DNA of 64,000 nucleotides from positions 1 to 64,000 of the forward strand of contig DF237204.1 of NCBI GenBank assembly GCA_000708835.1, written 5' to 3'. How positions within the stretch are numbered: the first letter of the stretch is position 1; every line of letters starts with the position of its first letter. This document shows, in pieces, positions 1 through 16,004 of the stretch. The notes under the pieces are model-generated. The model saw nothing but the letters and a program-made list of their open reading frames with translations, made no database searches and was not told the DNA's origin. The position numbers were made by a program, and so were the translations under genes. Origin of the DNA: Klebsormidium nitens. Lineage: Eukaryota; Plantae; Klebsormidiophyceae.

Positions 1-3000
1 TGCAGGATCTCATCGACGTCGAACCATAGAAAAGTCTGTTCGTACTCGTGAAGCCTGGCGCGCCGGCGTAGTCCTCCGAATACGCCCCTTGCCGCACCAT
101 CTCTGTGAAGAAGTACCGGGCTTCCTGCGGAGAAGAGAGAACAATCCCCCGGTCGGGTTCGTCCGGGGGTTCATCCCAAAAAGCGCGTGGCGGAGAGCAG
201 AGTGGTTCCGCATCCGCCGGCGCCGCCTCGTCCGGTGTCTCCTCGAATTGCTCCAGCCAGGCGACTGTGTCATCCACGTAGAGTAGCTGCGTGAAAGCTG
301 CTGTCCCCGGTCTCTCAAGGGCATCAACTCGCAGTCGCAGACCGGTTCTTCGTCGTCGTTCCGGCAGCGTCGGCCTCGGGGGGCCGTCATCGTTGTCAGA
401 TTCCCCTGAGTCTTCATCCTCCCCTTCCGAGCAGGCTTCCAGTTCTGGGACGTCATCGTCAGAGTCTTCCTGATGGTCACCGACGGCGCGAATGCGCGCG
501 GAAGATCAGTAGAGCCCTGATTCAAAGCCATCTCCGCTTGTCCGTTTGAATACGGGGCTACGGGTTGTATCACTCCGAGGCTAACAAAGCCCTCCAGGAC
601 TTGCGCTAGCGTTAGCGGATCCGCTGTGTCGGGCGAAGCCTCCTCCATGGCAGCTACCAAAGCTGCATCATGCCAATCTTCCTCTGCCCCTTCATCGATG
701 TCGGAGAAGTCAAGGGAGTCTTGGTCGTCGTCACTATCGGCAAAAGTGGCGCGGACTAGTCCACCGAAGCGCGGCGCTGTTGGTGTGTCCAGCGGCGCTT
801 TCGTCGGAGGCATCGCCAGGGAGGGTCTCCTCAACCGTGATTAGTGACGTCACGGGGTCATCACCAATCTCCGCTTGCAACTGGGGCTTGGTGTCCGGTG
901 GTAGCAAGCGGGGCATCCCGTGATCAGAGGCGTCGTCATTGCCTGTCGCGTCGCGCTTAAGCGCGCTTTCCGCGCTCTGCGAAGACTCGTCCCCGGTTTC
1001 TGAGTCGGAGCTGTCTTCGTTGTTTCCTGCAGAACAATTGGTGTCATAAGTCGGCGGACTTTGGGGACCTGCAGGGGTTATGGTGACGCGGCGCCAGCAT
1101 TCAGGGGGGATCCCTGCAGGGATTCCCTTCATGCGCAGCCGGCGAAGGTTGTAGACCATGGCCACCTGTGGAAGTTCCTCGATCCCCTCGCTAGTTGTTG
1201 GCGAGGGGGCCTTCCCAGGGGCCTTGTCGCCGGGGGGAAAGGGGCCTGCAAAGGGGGCCATTGAGGGAACCTGCACTATTTGTACCTGTGGGATTGGCTT
1301 CCCCCGCTTTGGCGGGGTGATGAGGTTCAGCGCCACCACTTTGTGAGTGCGGGGGAGTTGGAACTCGAACCGTCCTTTCGGAAAGTTAATTACGCCGTTG
1401 ACTTTCTTCATCGAAGTAGTCCCCAGAAGGACATCATAGTTCAGGTTTTCCTGCACAAGGAAACGCGCGCAGCGCTCCATGTGGGGTGCCGAGCCCAATT
1501 GCGCAGTCAATCCACCCCGCAGCTGTGCTGCTTCGCCCATCAGCCTGCAAGAAAGTAGGGGCGCCACGGCGGAACTTGTGCTCCAGCCCGGCGGCCTTTA
1601 CCGTTTCGAGTGACATCACGTTGACGTCAGCCCCGGAGTCCATGCAGGTTGGTCTCTCGATCCCTCGTACTCCGCCCACTCGTGTGACCACATAAGCGAT
1701 GCTCTCGCGCAGGAGGGGGTCCACAAAGGCTCGCTCGACTCCGAGAGCTCGTTCTCTCCCCAGCTCCGGCGGCGGCACAGTGGTTGCGTTCCGCACCACT
1801 GGTTCATTTGTGACGTCAGCACAGTTGTTGCTTGCCTGCCCCACTTTCTTGAGTGCGCGGCTCATATCCTGCAAGAGTTGAGGGCTGCCGTGCGCCAAGT
1901 AAGCCTCTGACTTGAACCAGCTCATAGCGGAAAAGTTCCGGTGACGGAGGGACAAGGAACTGGCGGGTTGGAAGTGGCCCGCCCCGTCGCGTTTTTGAAG
2001 TACTTGGTGCGATTCCTCGCGGCCTTCCGTTGGGCTGAAGAGAGGCGGCGCTCGGCGCCAGCTGACTCTGAACGCCCGGCCTGCGGAGATCGCGGCCCGG
2101 ATGTGGCGGAACTTGCATGGGTACCACCGGCATCGTGGTGGCCACCGGCACCCTGTTGGCCGGCATGCGCACGCGCGCGCCATAGGGGTCTAAAACCTCT
2201 GGGCCGCTGCGCGTCACGCGAACGTTCCCAAAGCCCTCTTCCTCGTAAGAATCCTCGTCGGAGAGGTCGAGTTCGGGCTCATGCTCCCAGCCAATGGGTC
2301 CTGTCGCCAAGTTGACTTTGGGACCCTCGACTGTTGAGGACGAAGATCGAGGGGGCGGCGCGCGCGCTCTCGTGCGCGGTCGTTTCGGACACGCCGGGGC
2401 GAGGTGTGGTTGAACCGTTCCCCTGGTGCCGCACTCGCAACAACGTCGCTCCTTTTGGGGCGCCTGAGGGGTGCTGTTGGTCGGTACCTGCAATGGGGGG
2501 GTTTCCGCTCCCCATCCACTTTCAAAAGTGGAGTGGAGGACCACCGAAGGCTCAGTCCTCGTAAACAGTCTCCGCGTCACAGTCGTCGTAACCGTACTCC
2601 ACTTCCTCGCCATTAGCCCACCGCGCCGTGTTTTTCTGAGGCTCGGGGCAATCCCTCTGAACGTGCCCTGTTTTCAGGCAGTTAAAGCACGTTTGGGGTT
2701 TGGTCGGAGGAAAGTTTGGTCGGTTCGACTGCGGAGGGCGTTCGCCTCGTACTCCTCCGTTTCTGTCAGGGTAACGGCCTGCTGCCAATTGGCGCGGCTG
2801 CTCCTGCTGGGTGTACCTGGCGGTCTCCATTTTGTCGTCCTGAGGGCGCTCCGAATCTGCTTCAGACACCCGGTCGGCCTCCGCCACGCGAACCTGATTC
2901 GCAGCGCGCGCAGTAATCCGCAGCGGCGCCGCCTTCGTGACGGGGGCTTTCTCCATTGCCCAGAGTCCTCTGTCCAGTTCCTCCGCAATGTCCACAGCTT

Positions 3001-4329
3001 CTTCAAACGTGGGTGCTCCGCGAGTGTGAAGCTGTTCGCGCAGTGGGCTGCGCAGAGACATCTTGAAATGGTGTATCTTGACTTGTTCGTTGGAGATATC
3101 TGCCTGCACGAAAAGGTCGCGCAGCCTCTGCGCGAGCGTCCCCACCGCTTCGTCCTTGCCCTGTTGCACCTGCCCAAGCTTGACAGTGCTCTCCGCGGGG
3201 TCGGACTTGCCGAAACGCGCGAGGAACTTTTCCTTTAGAGTGTCCCAGTGATTCAGCAGGGAGTCGCCAGTCTTGTCCATGTAGGCGTCGTCTGCAGACT
3301 AGATCCAATCATGAGCCACCTCCCCCAAGTTGTGGAAAAGGGTGAGGCCCATTTGGCCCTGCGTAAGACCGGGAGTGTTCCGAAGGTAAGTCTCCATGCG
3401 CTTAATAAAGCGATGCGCGCCGAAGCCTTCGTCCTTCTTAGTCCCCTTGTAGGTGATGATCTTGATCGGTTGAAACAACCGAGGGGTGCGCCTGCTTCCC
3501 TCCGGATCTTCGGTAAACCGGCTCTCCTTTCGTCGTTCCTCCGGCCGAGGAGTTGTCAGGCCGAAGTCGTCCGAGCCCCCTGGCGAGGGCGGGGGGCCCG
3601 GAGAGGATGCCACCTGTCTTGGCTGGGGCGGGGGAGGGTTCCCTGCGTCCGCCTTCCTGTATGACGTGAACCTGCGCGTTTGCTCGATTGGTTCTGAGCG
3701 GCGCTGGTTCCGGCAGTTGATCCGCCCTCTCAAAGGGGGAGGCTTTGATGGGCTCCCAGTTCGAGGTCTCCCAAACTCTTGCCACATCCTTTCGGACGTT
3801 CTGGGGCGAGGTACCTGCTCTGGCGCTGCCACATGTCCCATTTGTCCGTTAGGAGCGTTGTCAGGCGGCCGCGCTTCCCTTTGTTAAGGGGAAGAGGCCT
3901 GCGCCGAGTCGCTCTTGTCCTGTCGTGGAATATTCTGGGATTCCCAGTTCGGACCGGATAGGCCCGCACTGAATTCCTGTTTCTCTTTTTTCCACTTCAT
4001 GAATTCCTGAAACTTTTGGTACTCCTCCCAGTCTTCGTCGAAGGCTGAGGAATACCCATTCCACGAGTTAGTCTCTCGAGGAGGCCTTGGGGGAAGTGAC
4101 CTTCCCTCAGAGGCACTTTGTGTTCTGAGTTCCCTGCGCGACGCTCTGTTGGCGGTGCCATCCCTGCAGTGTAAACTGTGAATTGGTCTCGCCGGCGAGG
4201 CCTTTGCCTCCAGCTCGGTTAAGAAGACCACCTCCCTGAAGTGGGGGAACCTCATTTTCCTGCCCCTCCAGTCGCTCCGCCGCGCGGGGCAAACGGTTCA
4301 CCTGCAAATTCGGAACTCTCTGGTTCCTA
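1..4329 (-). mobile_element. Degenerate Ty3/Gypsy-like LTR retrotransposon, gag + aspartic protease region; RT/RH/IN not in window
   Basis: ORFs 3884-4255, 3299-3841 and 2552-3280 share one frame, broken by TAA at 3884-86 and TAG at 3299-3301. They encode a retrotransposon-gag-like segment (HDWI*...LNHWDTLKEKFLARFG...HFKMSLRSPLREQL...TFEEAVDIAEEL) and a CCHC knuckle (CFNCLKTGHVQRDC). Frameshifted downstream ORFs carry a retropepsin motif (CMDSGADVNVMS...FLQADGR) and its C-terminal half (FLVQENLNYDVLLG). Confidence 0.85.
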
Positions 4330-4792
4330 NNNNNNNNNNNNNNNNNNNNNNNNNNNNNNNNNNNNNNNNNNNNNNNNNNNNNNNNNNNNNNNNNNNNNNN
4401 NNNNNNNNNNNNNNNNNNNNNNNNNNNNNNNNNNNNNNNNNNNNNNNNNNNNNNNNNNNNNNNNNNNNNNNNNNNNNNNNNNNNNNNNNNNNNNNNNNNN
4501 NNNNNNNNNNNNNNNNNNNNNNNNNNNNNNNNNNNNNNNNNNNNNNNNNNNNNNNNNNNNNNNNNNNNNNNNNNNNNNNNNNNNNNNNNNNNNNNNNNNN
4601 NNNNNNNNNNNNNNNNNNNNNNNNNNNNNNNNNNNNNNNNNNNNNNNNNNNNNNNNNNNNNNNNNNNNNNNNNNNNNNNNNNNNNNNNNNNNNNNNNNNN
4701 NNNNNNNNNNNNNNNNNNNNNNNNNNNNNNNNNNNNNNNNNNNNNNNNNNNNNNNNNNNNNNNNNNNNNNNNNNNNNNNNNNNNNNNNNNNN
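4330..4792. other. Assembly gap (N run, ~463 nt) inside the retroelement
   Basis: Run of N in the sequence. Confidence 0.99.
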
Positions 4793-5070
4793 NCCTGTCT
4801 CTCTTTCGGGGAGAGTTCCCTCTCGGAGACTTTCAACAAGTCTTTCCTGATCGAAATTACCCTGACACCGATGGTCAGTCTTCAATTGTCGCGCTCTCAG
4901 CTGCGACTTTCCTGCAATTCTTTTAGTGAAGGTCTCAGCCTTCTCCGCAGCTTGTGTCAAAGCTCGGAGAGAGAGGGAGCACCTTTTCAACAATTTCTCT
5001 TCCACAAGGACCTGCAAGATCCCTCTGATACCAGAGAGCACCCCCCTATGGCCACTGCCCACTCTCGGGG

Positions 5071-6146
5071 TTCAGCGCCACGTGGCAAGGGTGATCGGAG
5101 TTGCGGCGCACTATCATGCGCGCGGGGCGGCGCGGCCAGCTTAAGGCCTGCGCGCTCTGCCGCGATAGTCGCCTGCGCAGCGGAATTTGTCTTAGCGTAG
5201 CGAGCCTATCAGGCCACAGCTCTCCGGAACGTAGTAGCTCTCAGCAAATGCACAAGTGTCCCATGCCACTTGCTTTTAGCAGCTTGTAGGCTGCAATTAC
5301 ATATGCGAAGCTTTCACCTGTCAACAAGTCACACATTCATTCACACAATGCACATAACACTTTGTACTTCTCGGGGAGCAACGTCTCGACTCGCTATTCC
5401 ACCATGTGGGTACTTCCCCAACAATGGCCATGAGCATTCATGCTTGCGGAGCCATACATGATGATGGCCAACACACAACACTCATGCGATTGCGGAGACA
5501 ATACTTTTGGGAATAACAAGGCGTCCTGCCTTAAAGCCACACAGGGTGTTTGTTGCTACGCAGCGCGCGAACCCCTTGGGCTGTGCAGCTGCGGATCCCT
5601 TGTTCCTGCTCCTCTTAGCGCCTCTGCGCCTACCCTGCAAAGCTAAGAATTCTGGAAACTCAAGGAATGAAGTGAAGTTCTGCAAATCTTCCAACTTCTA
5701 TCAAACTTGGCCGAAGTGTAGCGCGGCCTTCCCTAAGTCGACAGAGCCTCTATTTACAGTATGACTGGGTCGCTGGAACTCGTAGAAGCTTCCGGAAGGA
5801 GGCCCCGTGGAGAACCTGCACAATAAACCAAGCAATCTTAGCGCAAGTTCTCAATGAGGTATTGAGTTCCTTTGCCCAGTCACGTAACTTAGTGCGGAGT
5901 ACTAGAGTCTTCTCCGCGAGGCCTTTTGTCTTCTAATTTCCAACGGTCGGTTAGACTCCGCCGATCTACGGTCTTGAGCTACTCTAAAGTCATCGTGCGG
6001 CCTTCCGCAATAAGCACGGGGTTCCGGAAGGTTCCACGCGCTAAACCCTGAACTGCGGACTCCCTGCACAACTTATTGAACCAAATTTACTTCGCGCCGC
6101 GGCTTAGCGCGCCACCTGTCCTGCAGCGGCAAATGTCTGCATGCCA
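5071..6146 (-). mobile_element. Candidate 5' LTR (5083-6146) with adjacent PBS-like site (5071-5080) of the Gypsy element
   Basis: 5083 begins TGGCA and 6142-6146 reads TGCCA, a 5-bp inverted terminus. On the minus strand the end reads ...CCA-CG-TGGCGCTGAA, the typical LTR/PBS geometry. A TATA-like TGTAAATAG lies on the minus strand near 5750. The second LTR and TSD are outside the window. Confidence 0.4.
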
Positions 6147-8257
6147 CGTGTCGCTATCTTATACGCGCGCAGCCCTGGTGGGGCTCCTGCGCAAGGCGGG
6201 AGCATTCAGAGAGCACAATTTACTGCTTTGATTCCCAGTTTAGCCAGTCCGTACGCATACTGAGGTGTTACACGTGCGTCGTAACTGCTGATTGCCGACT
6301 TTAGCTTCTTTCGCACCGACGGCGACGGTTCGTACTAGATCAATCATCACCTATTGAACGCGGGTACCTACGGTATACGGGCGGTATACCTACTGCTTCC
6401 ACTACAGTATTAGTAGTAGTGCCTTGCTTTTTACCGAGCGGCGAGAACCATTCAGTGATACGGTACCAATCCTTCCAGCTAGTGCCCAGCTTACCCCGAT
6501 ACTTGTTGGGTCTCATCATGCAAGCAGTGGAGCAGCCTGCTGCTGCTAAGAGCTGCCAACATCATGACGCGCGTCCCTAACGCAAACGTCACTCAAAGAA
6601 GCCTGCAGGGCTACTTGTACCTGCTGCAGCCTCTGACGCAATTCAGGAGTTAGGATGTTCGCTGTGCCAGTAACGACTAAGAGTACCGTATGTACCTAGT
6701 CGACCTACACTGACTACTATTAGGTAGGGTGAGCGCGCTGTCACACTGCCCCAAGTGGTTGCAAGGACTCAAACGCATGAAACTAAAGGCCGCTTGCGCT
6801 TGTCCTATTAGTAGAAAGCTGACGCTGCGTGGCTGATGCCAGCTGACAGCGCTTCAATAGCTTGAAAAGCTAGTCAGAAGAGAGGGTTCCCGCCAGCTGG
6901 AACCCGCCACTAGGTCTGCTTAAAGGCTTAACCCAGTTTCTTCACCGGAACCTTCGAAACCAAGCTCCGCATGCTGCCAGCTGTGTTGCTGAATTGGTAG
7001 ATGAGTGATTTTTGGCTTTGGCGAATGTGGTGTCAAGAGACAAGGCAACACTATTACTGTACAGGTAGGTAACTGATAAAAGCTCCCTGCTGGTTGCATG
7101 CTAACCATTTTAGCAAGTGCCCGCTAACCCAATCATGTAGGTCCTATGACTCTGCCATTGCCAGGGCCCATGATGCATCCATCAGATTCCTTCCAGGCCC
7201 CAGCACTGGCAGAGGGATGCACTCCTCATCATTAGATCCGTCTGCCATTAATAGTCAAGAAGGCCAGACACGGTGTGGGCCGAGATCGCAGAAGGCAATC
7301 GAAGGGAACCGCAGAAGCAGATCTCGCAAGAGATACAATCGGCGAGAGGACGTCCTGAAGCTTCAGAATGGCTCTCCATTGGCTGAGAAGACCACGTGGG
7401 TGTATAAAGTGTAATAAAGAAGGAAGATGACGCACTTCTTCTATGACGCACTTCACTGTACTTGATGGCGAGAGCTTGGTTCGTATCTTCGGATCTCGGC
7501 TGTGCATTGGACACCGGTCAATCTTCAGGGTGTCCACATCATCATGAGCGTTGCTGACGAAGGAATCGTATTGCCTGCTCTTGTGAATCGCGAGAAGATA
7601 CATTTCTAAAGTAACAGCATATGAGCGGTCGGTTGAAGATATTCATTGGAAATGGCAACGCAGCTCCTGCAGCGGCCCTGCAGACAACGTGCGTTACGCT
7701 TTGGGAGAAGACTCTGGCCCACTGCTTGGTCCAGGGCTCCGTGGGAAGCTTCTGACAGGGAGCGTTTCACCTTCGGAAGAAACCGAAAAACGGCCCAACC
7801 GAAGCAAGTGGTCAGGAGGTCACACGACACCGGGCTCTTGAGTCTTGAGCTGGGGAGCAAAGTTCACGTGACGTTTGTTTGAATCTTGTCAGCTATACGT
7901 CGGCAACCCAACGCATGCTATCACATAGGTAGGAGTAGCTGGCTGATCTTATGAGGCCTGGGCAAAGCGTTTTCCAGATGGGTGGCAGCTGGTGGAGCAA
8001 CCTGACACGGACCTGGCAAGCTTGCATAGAAGTACAAAAGCTTCGATTGGACCCACTCCCAGCTCCAACTTTCCCCTCCATTGTGATACAGAGCAAGAAG
8101 CGGAGCATTCTTTCTGGAAAGACAGCCGCTGGACAAGCTCAGATGCAAAGCAAACCAGCCGCCAAAACGTCACGGGATGCAAAAGAGGAGCTCAATAGGA
8201 TTGTTTCCCGCCTTCGGGCTTTCTTGCGATAATCTGGATACCCTCAGCGGTGGCAGG

Positions 8258-10557
8258 ATGACGTCGTCAGATAAGGACGGGGGGAGCCAGGGGCCTCAGC
8301 CGACCACTTCCGGACAGCAGGAGGCGCGCTCTCCCTGCGCCGCGTGCAAGTTCTTGCGGAGGAAGTGCACGGACGAGTGCCTATTTGCACCACACTTCCC
8401 GCAGTCCGAGAAGGAGAAGTTCCAGAGCCTGCACAGGTGGGTGTGAATGGGTGCACGTTCCTTCTTGCGTCTGGCGAGTGCCCTGGCCACTTCTTGCTGT
8501 CTGTGTGCATGCGTCCGTCCCTATCATGCCTTGTCTTGTCAACTTGCTTCTTGGATTTGGGTCTCTTGTACGAGCTTGAAAGCTTTGAGCTTAATTCTGT
8601 CTCTTAGAGCTACTTGAGGTTTGAGAACTGCTCGTGAGTAGATGGTTCCATCTCCAAGTCATAACGTGTCCTCGTCCCCGGGCTTCTTGTGCGGGTAAAC
8701 AAAGTGATCAAGAAAGTTCAATGTGTTGATGCGTCTATGAAAAGGCAGCTTGGCCCACAGCAAATGATGAGCGTCGTGACATTCTGCCTGGCTGCAAGAC
8801 TAAACCGAAAAGAACCCAAATGTGCATCTCACTCTGGAATTTTGAGAGAAAATTGATGATGCTTTCTTGCAGGTGCTATGGTGCGGCCAACATCATCAAA
8901 CTGTTGTCAGGTCTTCCCAAGGACCTGCGAGGGGACGCACTGCAGAGCCTGGCATATGAGGCGCAAGCAAGGTGAGAAACAAGCACCGGGAATTCGAGCC
9001 AAGAACACCCTTCTTTCTCTCAGGACATCAGAAATTAAAAAGGAGTTGGGCAGAAGAGTGTCTGAGCTGCGCTCTTTGGCTTGTTCTGGGGGGACGCTTT
9101 CCTTACCAAGGCTTTACCTGACTTTTGTTCCATGGTGTTTGCAGAATCGTGGACCCTGTCTATGGCTGTGTGGGCGCGGTTGCCATCCTCCAGAGACAGA
9201 ATGAGAAGCTCAAAGTGAGTGATACCAGCAGCCATGACTTTTGTTCCTTTGCTTGGTCTTCTCAACTCCTGTCTCGAGACTCTCGTGTCGACCGCTCGCA
9301 GGCAAAGTCGGTTCTCCTGCTTTCCTTCTCTTACTGTACCCGACTCTTGGAAAAGGTGCTCGAAACATCGGTTGTCTGGCCCTATTCTCACCTGCTTCCT
9401 TCTCTTTTCTGCAGACAGAGTTGGCCCAAGAACGTGCCAGTGTGGCCAAGCTCACTCAGATGCGCTCCCAGTCTCCCTCCTCCTCTCAGCAGACCAAGCG
9501 GTCCAGAACACCCCCGCTGGTAGGCTTCCTTCTCCTCTCAACTCGAGAGGACTTGTGTTGCTGCAGGTCACTTGCCAATTCCGCAATTGCTGGATGGGCA
9601 AGAAGGGCCTCGAGTGTTTCGTCAAAACACTGCCCACTTCTGCATTCCCCAAGAAGTCGGATTCTGTTCGATCCGGAGGCCTGCTGTCCAGTGTTTCTTG
9701 CACAATCTCGAGCGCAATCTTCATCCCCATACAGCCAGTTCCGCCGGAATCTAACAAGGACATTCCGCTGGCGTGCAGGTTTGTCAGAGCAGCTTGAACA
9801 GCTTGGCTGCCCCGACGCCCGTCCACCCGATGGCCCTCGTGACGTCCAGATTCGCCCCGCAGATTCCGAACTCTACACTTGAGTTTCTGTTGGCAGAGGT
9901 ACGTACCGCTGTGCATCTTACAAGCTTGTGGCGTCTCTTCGAAAATTTACAGTGACGAGTCCAAAAGGCCGCCTTGCTCAGTGACAACCGTGGGAGACTT
10001 CTGAAACACTTTTCTCCGAATAGGATTCAAAAATGGCTGTACGTAGAACGAGTGGGCGTAGGAGCCCGTCGTCCTTCTGAGATCGTGCCGCGAGCGGGCT
10101 CATGTTTCTGCTTGACGACCGCACCCCGCTTCGCTAATGCATCTTGAGGTGATACGGAAAACGCCTCCAATGATTGTCCGCTTGCCTTTAATCAACCCTT
10201 CGAGGGCTTCCTCAAACATTTCTTGCATCGAGCTGACGCGATTTCGCCCCCTCCTCGCAGCTTACCCGGACCCATTCCCCGACCCCTGAGGTTGGTTCTC
10301 CCACTTCGGCCCAGACCACCAACTCCCCGAGCTCCTATACCTTCGACTCCAGCTCGACTCTCGAGACCAACGCCGTTCTCGACTTCGATCCCTTCGACAT
10401 CCCCGCAAGCGCCAAGCGAGCCCGGTTGGCACCTACCGGGGGCGCCGCTCCCCTCCCAGCGGGGCTTGCCAAGCTGGAAAGCGACCGATTTGACATGCGG
10501 TTCGGGTCCCCGATCGGGCCCCTGGAGATGAGCGTGTTCCGGGCGGAGTATTCCTAA
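8258..10557 (+). CDS. LOB-domain (LBD/ASL) transcription factor, class I-like; exons 8258-8436, 8873-8971, 9145-9214, 9415-9519, 9779-9898, 10261-10557
   Basis: Spliced product has the CX2CX6CX3C motif (SPCAACKFLRRKCTDECLFAPHFP), a GAS block (HRCYGAANIIKLL...DALQSLAYEAQARIVDPVYGCVG) and a leucine-zipper-like region (AILQRQNEKLKTELAQ). All junctions are GT-AG and in phase. The start codon and last two exons are less certain. Confidence 0.93.
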
Positions 10558-12463
10558 GGTTCCTAAGTGAGAACCAAACGGAGACAAGAAAGGAACGTTG
10601 ACAAAACGGAACGGATTGGGTTCAACATATACCAAGCATTGGTTGGCCCACATCGGGCCATCAGGAGGCATAGGTGATCAGGCCAGCCTCCGCAATTTGA
10701 TTGGATACCAGCGTGCACGACATTCGTGCGCTTTTAGGTAAGATATGACGAGTTGGAAAACGACGAAAAACACTAGCGTAAGGCTCCAAGGCTCAAGCAT
10801 AAGCTTTAGCTGGCTTGTGTCTCCTTGTAATTGATTGACGCTGCGTTTCAGCGGAACAGCGACTAAGTTGGAGGTTGCAGAATCAGCAACCATTTAAGGT
10901 GATTGTGGATCGGATAGAAAGTTGCCTCGTGACTTGTTGCCAAGGCGAGGTTTGGGCCGTATGGAAGGTCCAGATAGTGTACCATAGCGATAAGTATAGG
11001 AAGTCTTCTTTTTGACAATGATTGTGTTTGAAGTCTGCGCCTCTGGTGTGTGACCGGGGGCTCGAAGTATGATTCAAAACACTATTCAAAGTGCATGGTT
11101 GTCGGCCGCCTCTTTTCTATTCACATCAGCATTCTCTGATCTCGATCATCTGCCGCTCAAGATTGGGGGCTTAGTGCATTTGTGGAAATGCCAGTCGACC
11201 ACGGGGCATACGATGCACATGCCTTCTTCACCGTCCACATCCATAGCATTTTCGAACCAGTGTACGATGATTTGCCGAGGCCGATATACCGGATCTGCTC
11301 TATACATGATTGCTAGCTTAAACAGAGTAGCTGATGTCATGCTTGCGTAAGCCCAGGAACCTGGTCTCGACTGCTCCGCAAATCCGACAGCTCGTCCAAA
11401 CCCTGCGAGTAATTCTTTGAACGAACCATTCAAGCGAAATCAAACCTAGGCCCCCAAATGCTCAGTTGCCATGACCGAATCTTTCTGAATTACAAGTGGA
11501 TTGTGGCCTCGAAACTTACTGAGTCCAAGTCAAACAGCCACTGACCTGAGATATACAGATGGCTAACGCCATGACGTACATGTGAATGCAGTCATGCTTC
11601 AATCTGACGAATAAAGTGCTGCATGTGTCGGCCATGCGCTTGCTTAAAGATACAATCGGCTGATATTGCGTCCAGATCGCTATGGGATCCAGTCGAGATT
11701 ATTCATAGGACGTGGGAAAAAAAAGGGGCAAAACTTCAAACTTCATCGCGGCCTTGTACAGACGGTTGGGGCCATAACTGTATTATTGGCAATCAGCACA
11801 CAGTGTTTAATTTAGGGTCAAATCAAAACGTACGTCGAATCAAAAAGTCGTTAATTAGCTTATTGTACGTCTCATGCAAAGGGCTCAGAAGTGCAATAAC
11901 TTTCACTACCTGTTCGCATGCGTTTGGTCGGTCGGCCCGGCTGCTTTCGAAATGTGTTATATTGTCTGCATGATCATGTGCACTTCGCATCACTAGACTT
12001 CCGTTAATTCTGCGTGGGTTTTAAAACGGCTGAGCTAGTGATTGCACGGACATGACGTACGCTGACTTAGGCAAATTCTACATGTTGGTGGAATGTGGGC
12101 CATGGCCGGAAAACAAGGCCGGGAATGCCATCACTTTTATCAACGCAAACTTAATGAACGCATATACTTCACAATTTAAAGGCCAAAAGCCATGGTGATG
12201 GGTAATCCTGATAAAACGCGTGCCAATATTGGGTCTTTGTCCGCCAAATGAAACGATTGATGTTCTCTCCGTGCTGTTCGAAGAATCTCCTACGCCTACC
12301 GTACTGGGTACCGTCTGATTGATTAAGTGCGTGCGTTGCCTCACTACTTGCTGTTTGTTTCTGCCCGATCTACTCAACACTCCTTAAGCCTGCTTCTGGA
12401 CTCTCTGTAACTTTACATAATCAACAATTGCGGAACTTGATTTCGCATGCAGAAAAGTTACGA

Positions 12464-16004
<3,541 letters not shown>

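Noticed and set aside
4241-5200. Long ORFs of 170-319 aa
   Set aside because: Their length comes from the N gap being translated as X.
9241-9882. 213-aa ORF as the terminal LBD exon
   Set aside because: A splice model using donor 9520, exon 9779-9898 and exon 10261-10557 gives better splice signals and more protein-like sequence.
10192-10671. Minus-strand Gly-rich ORF
   Set aside because: Antisense shadow of the LBD last exon.
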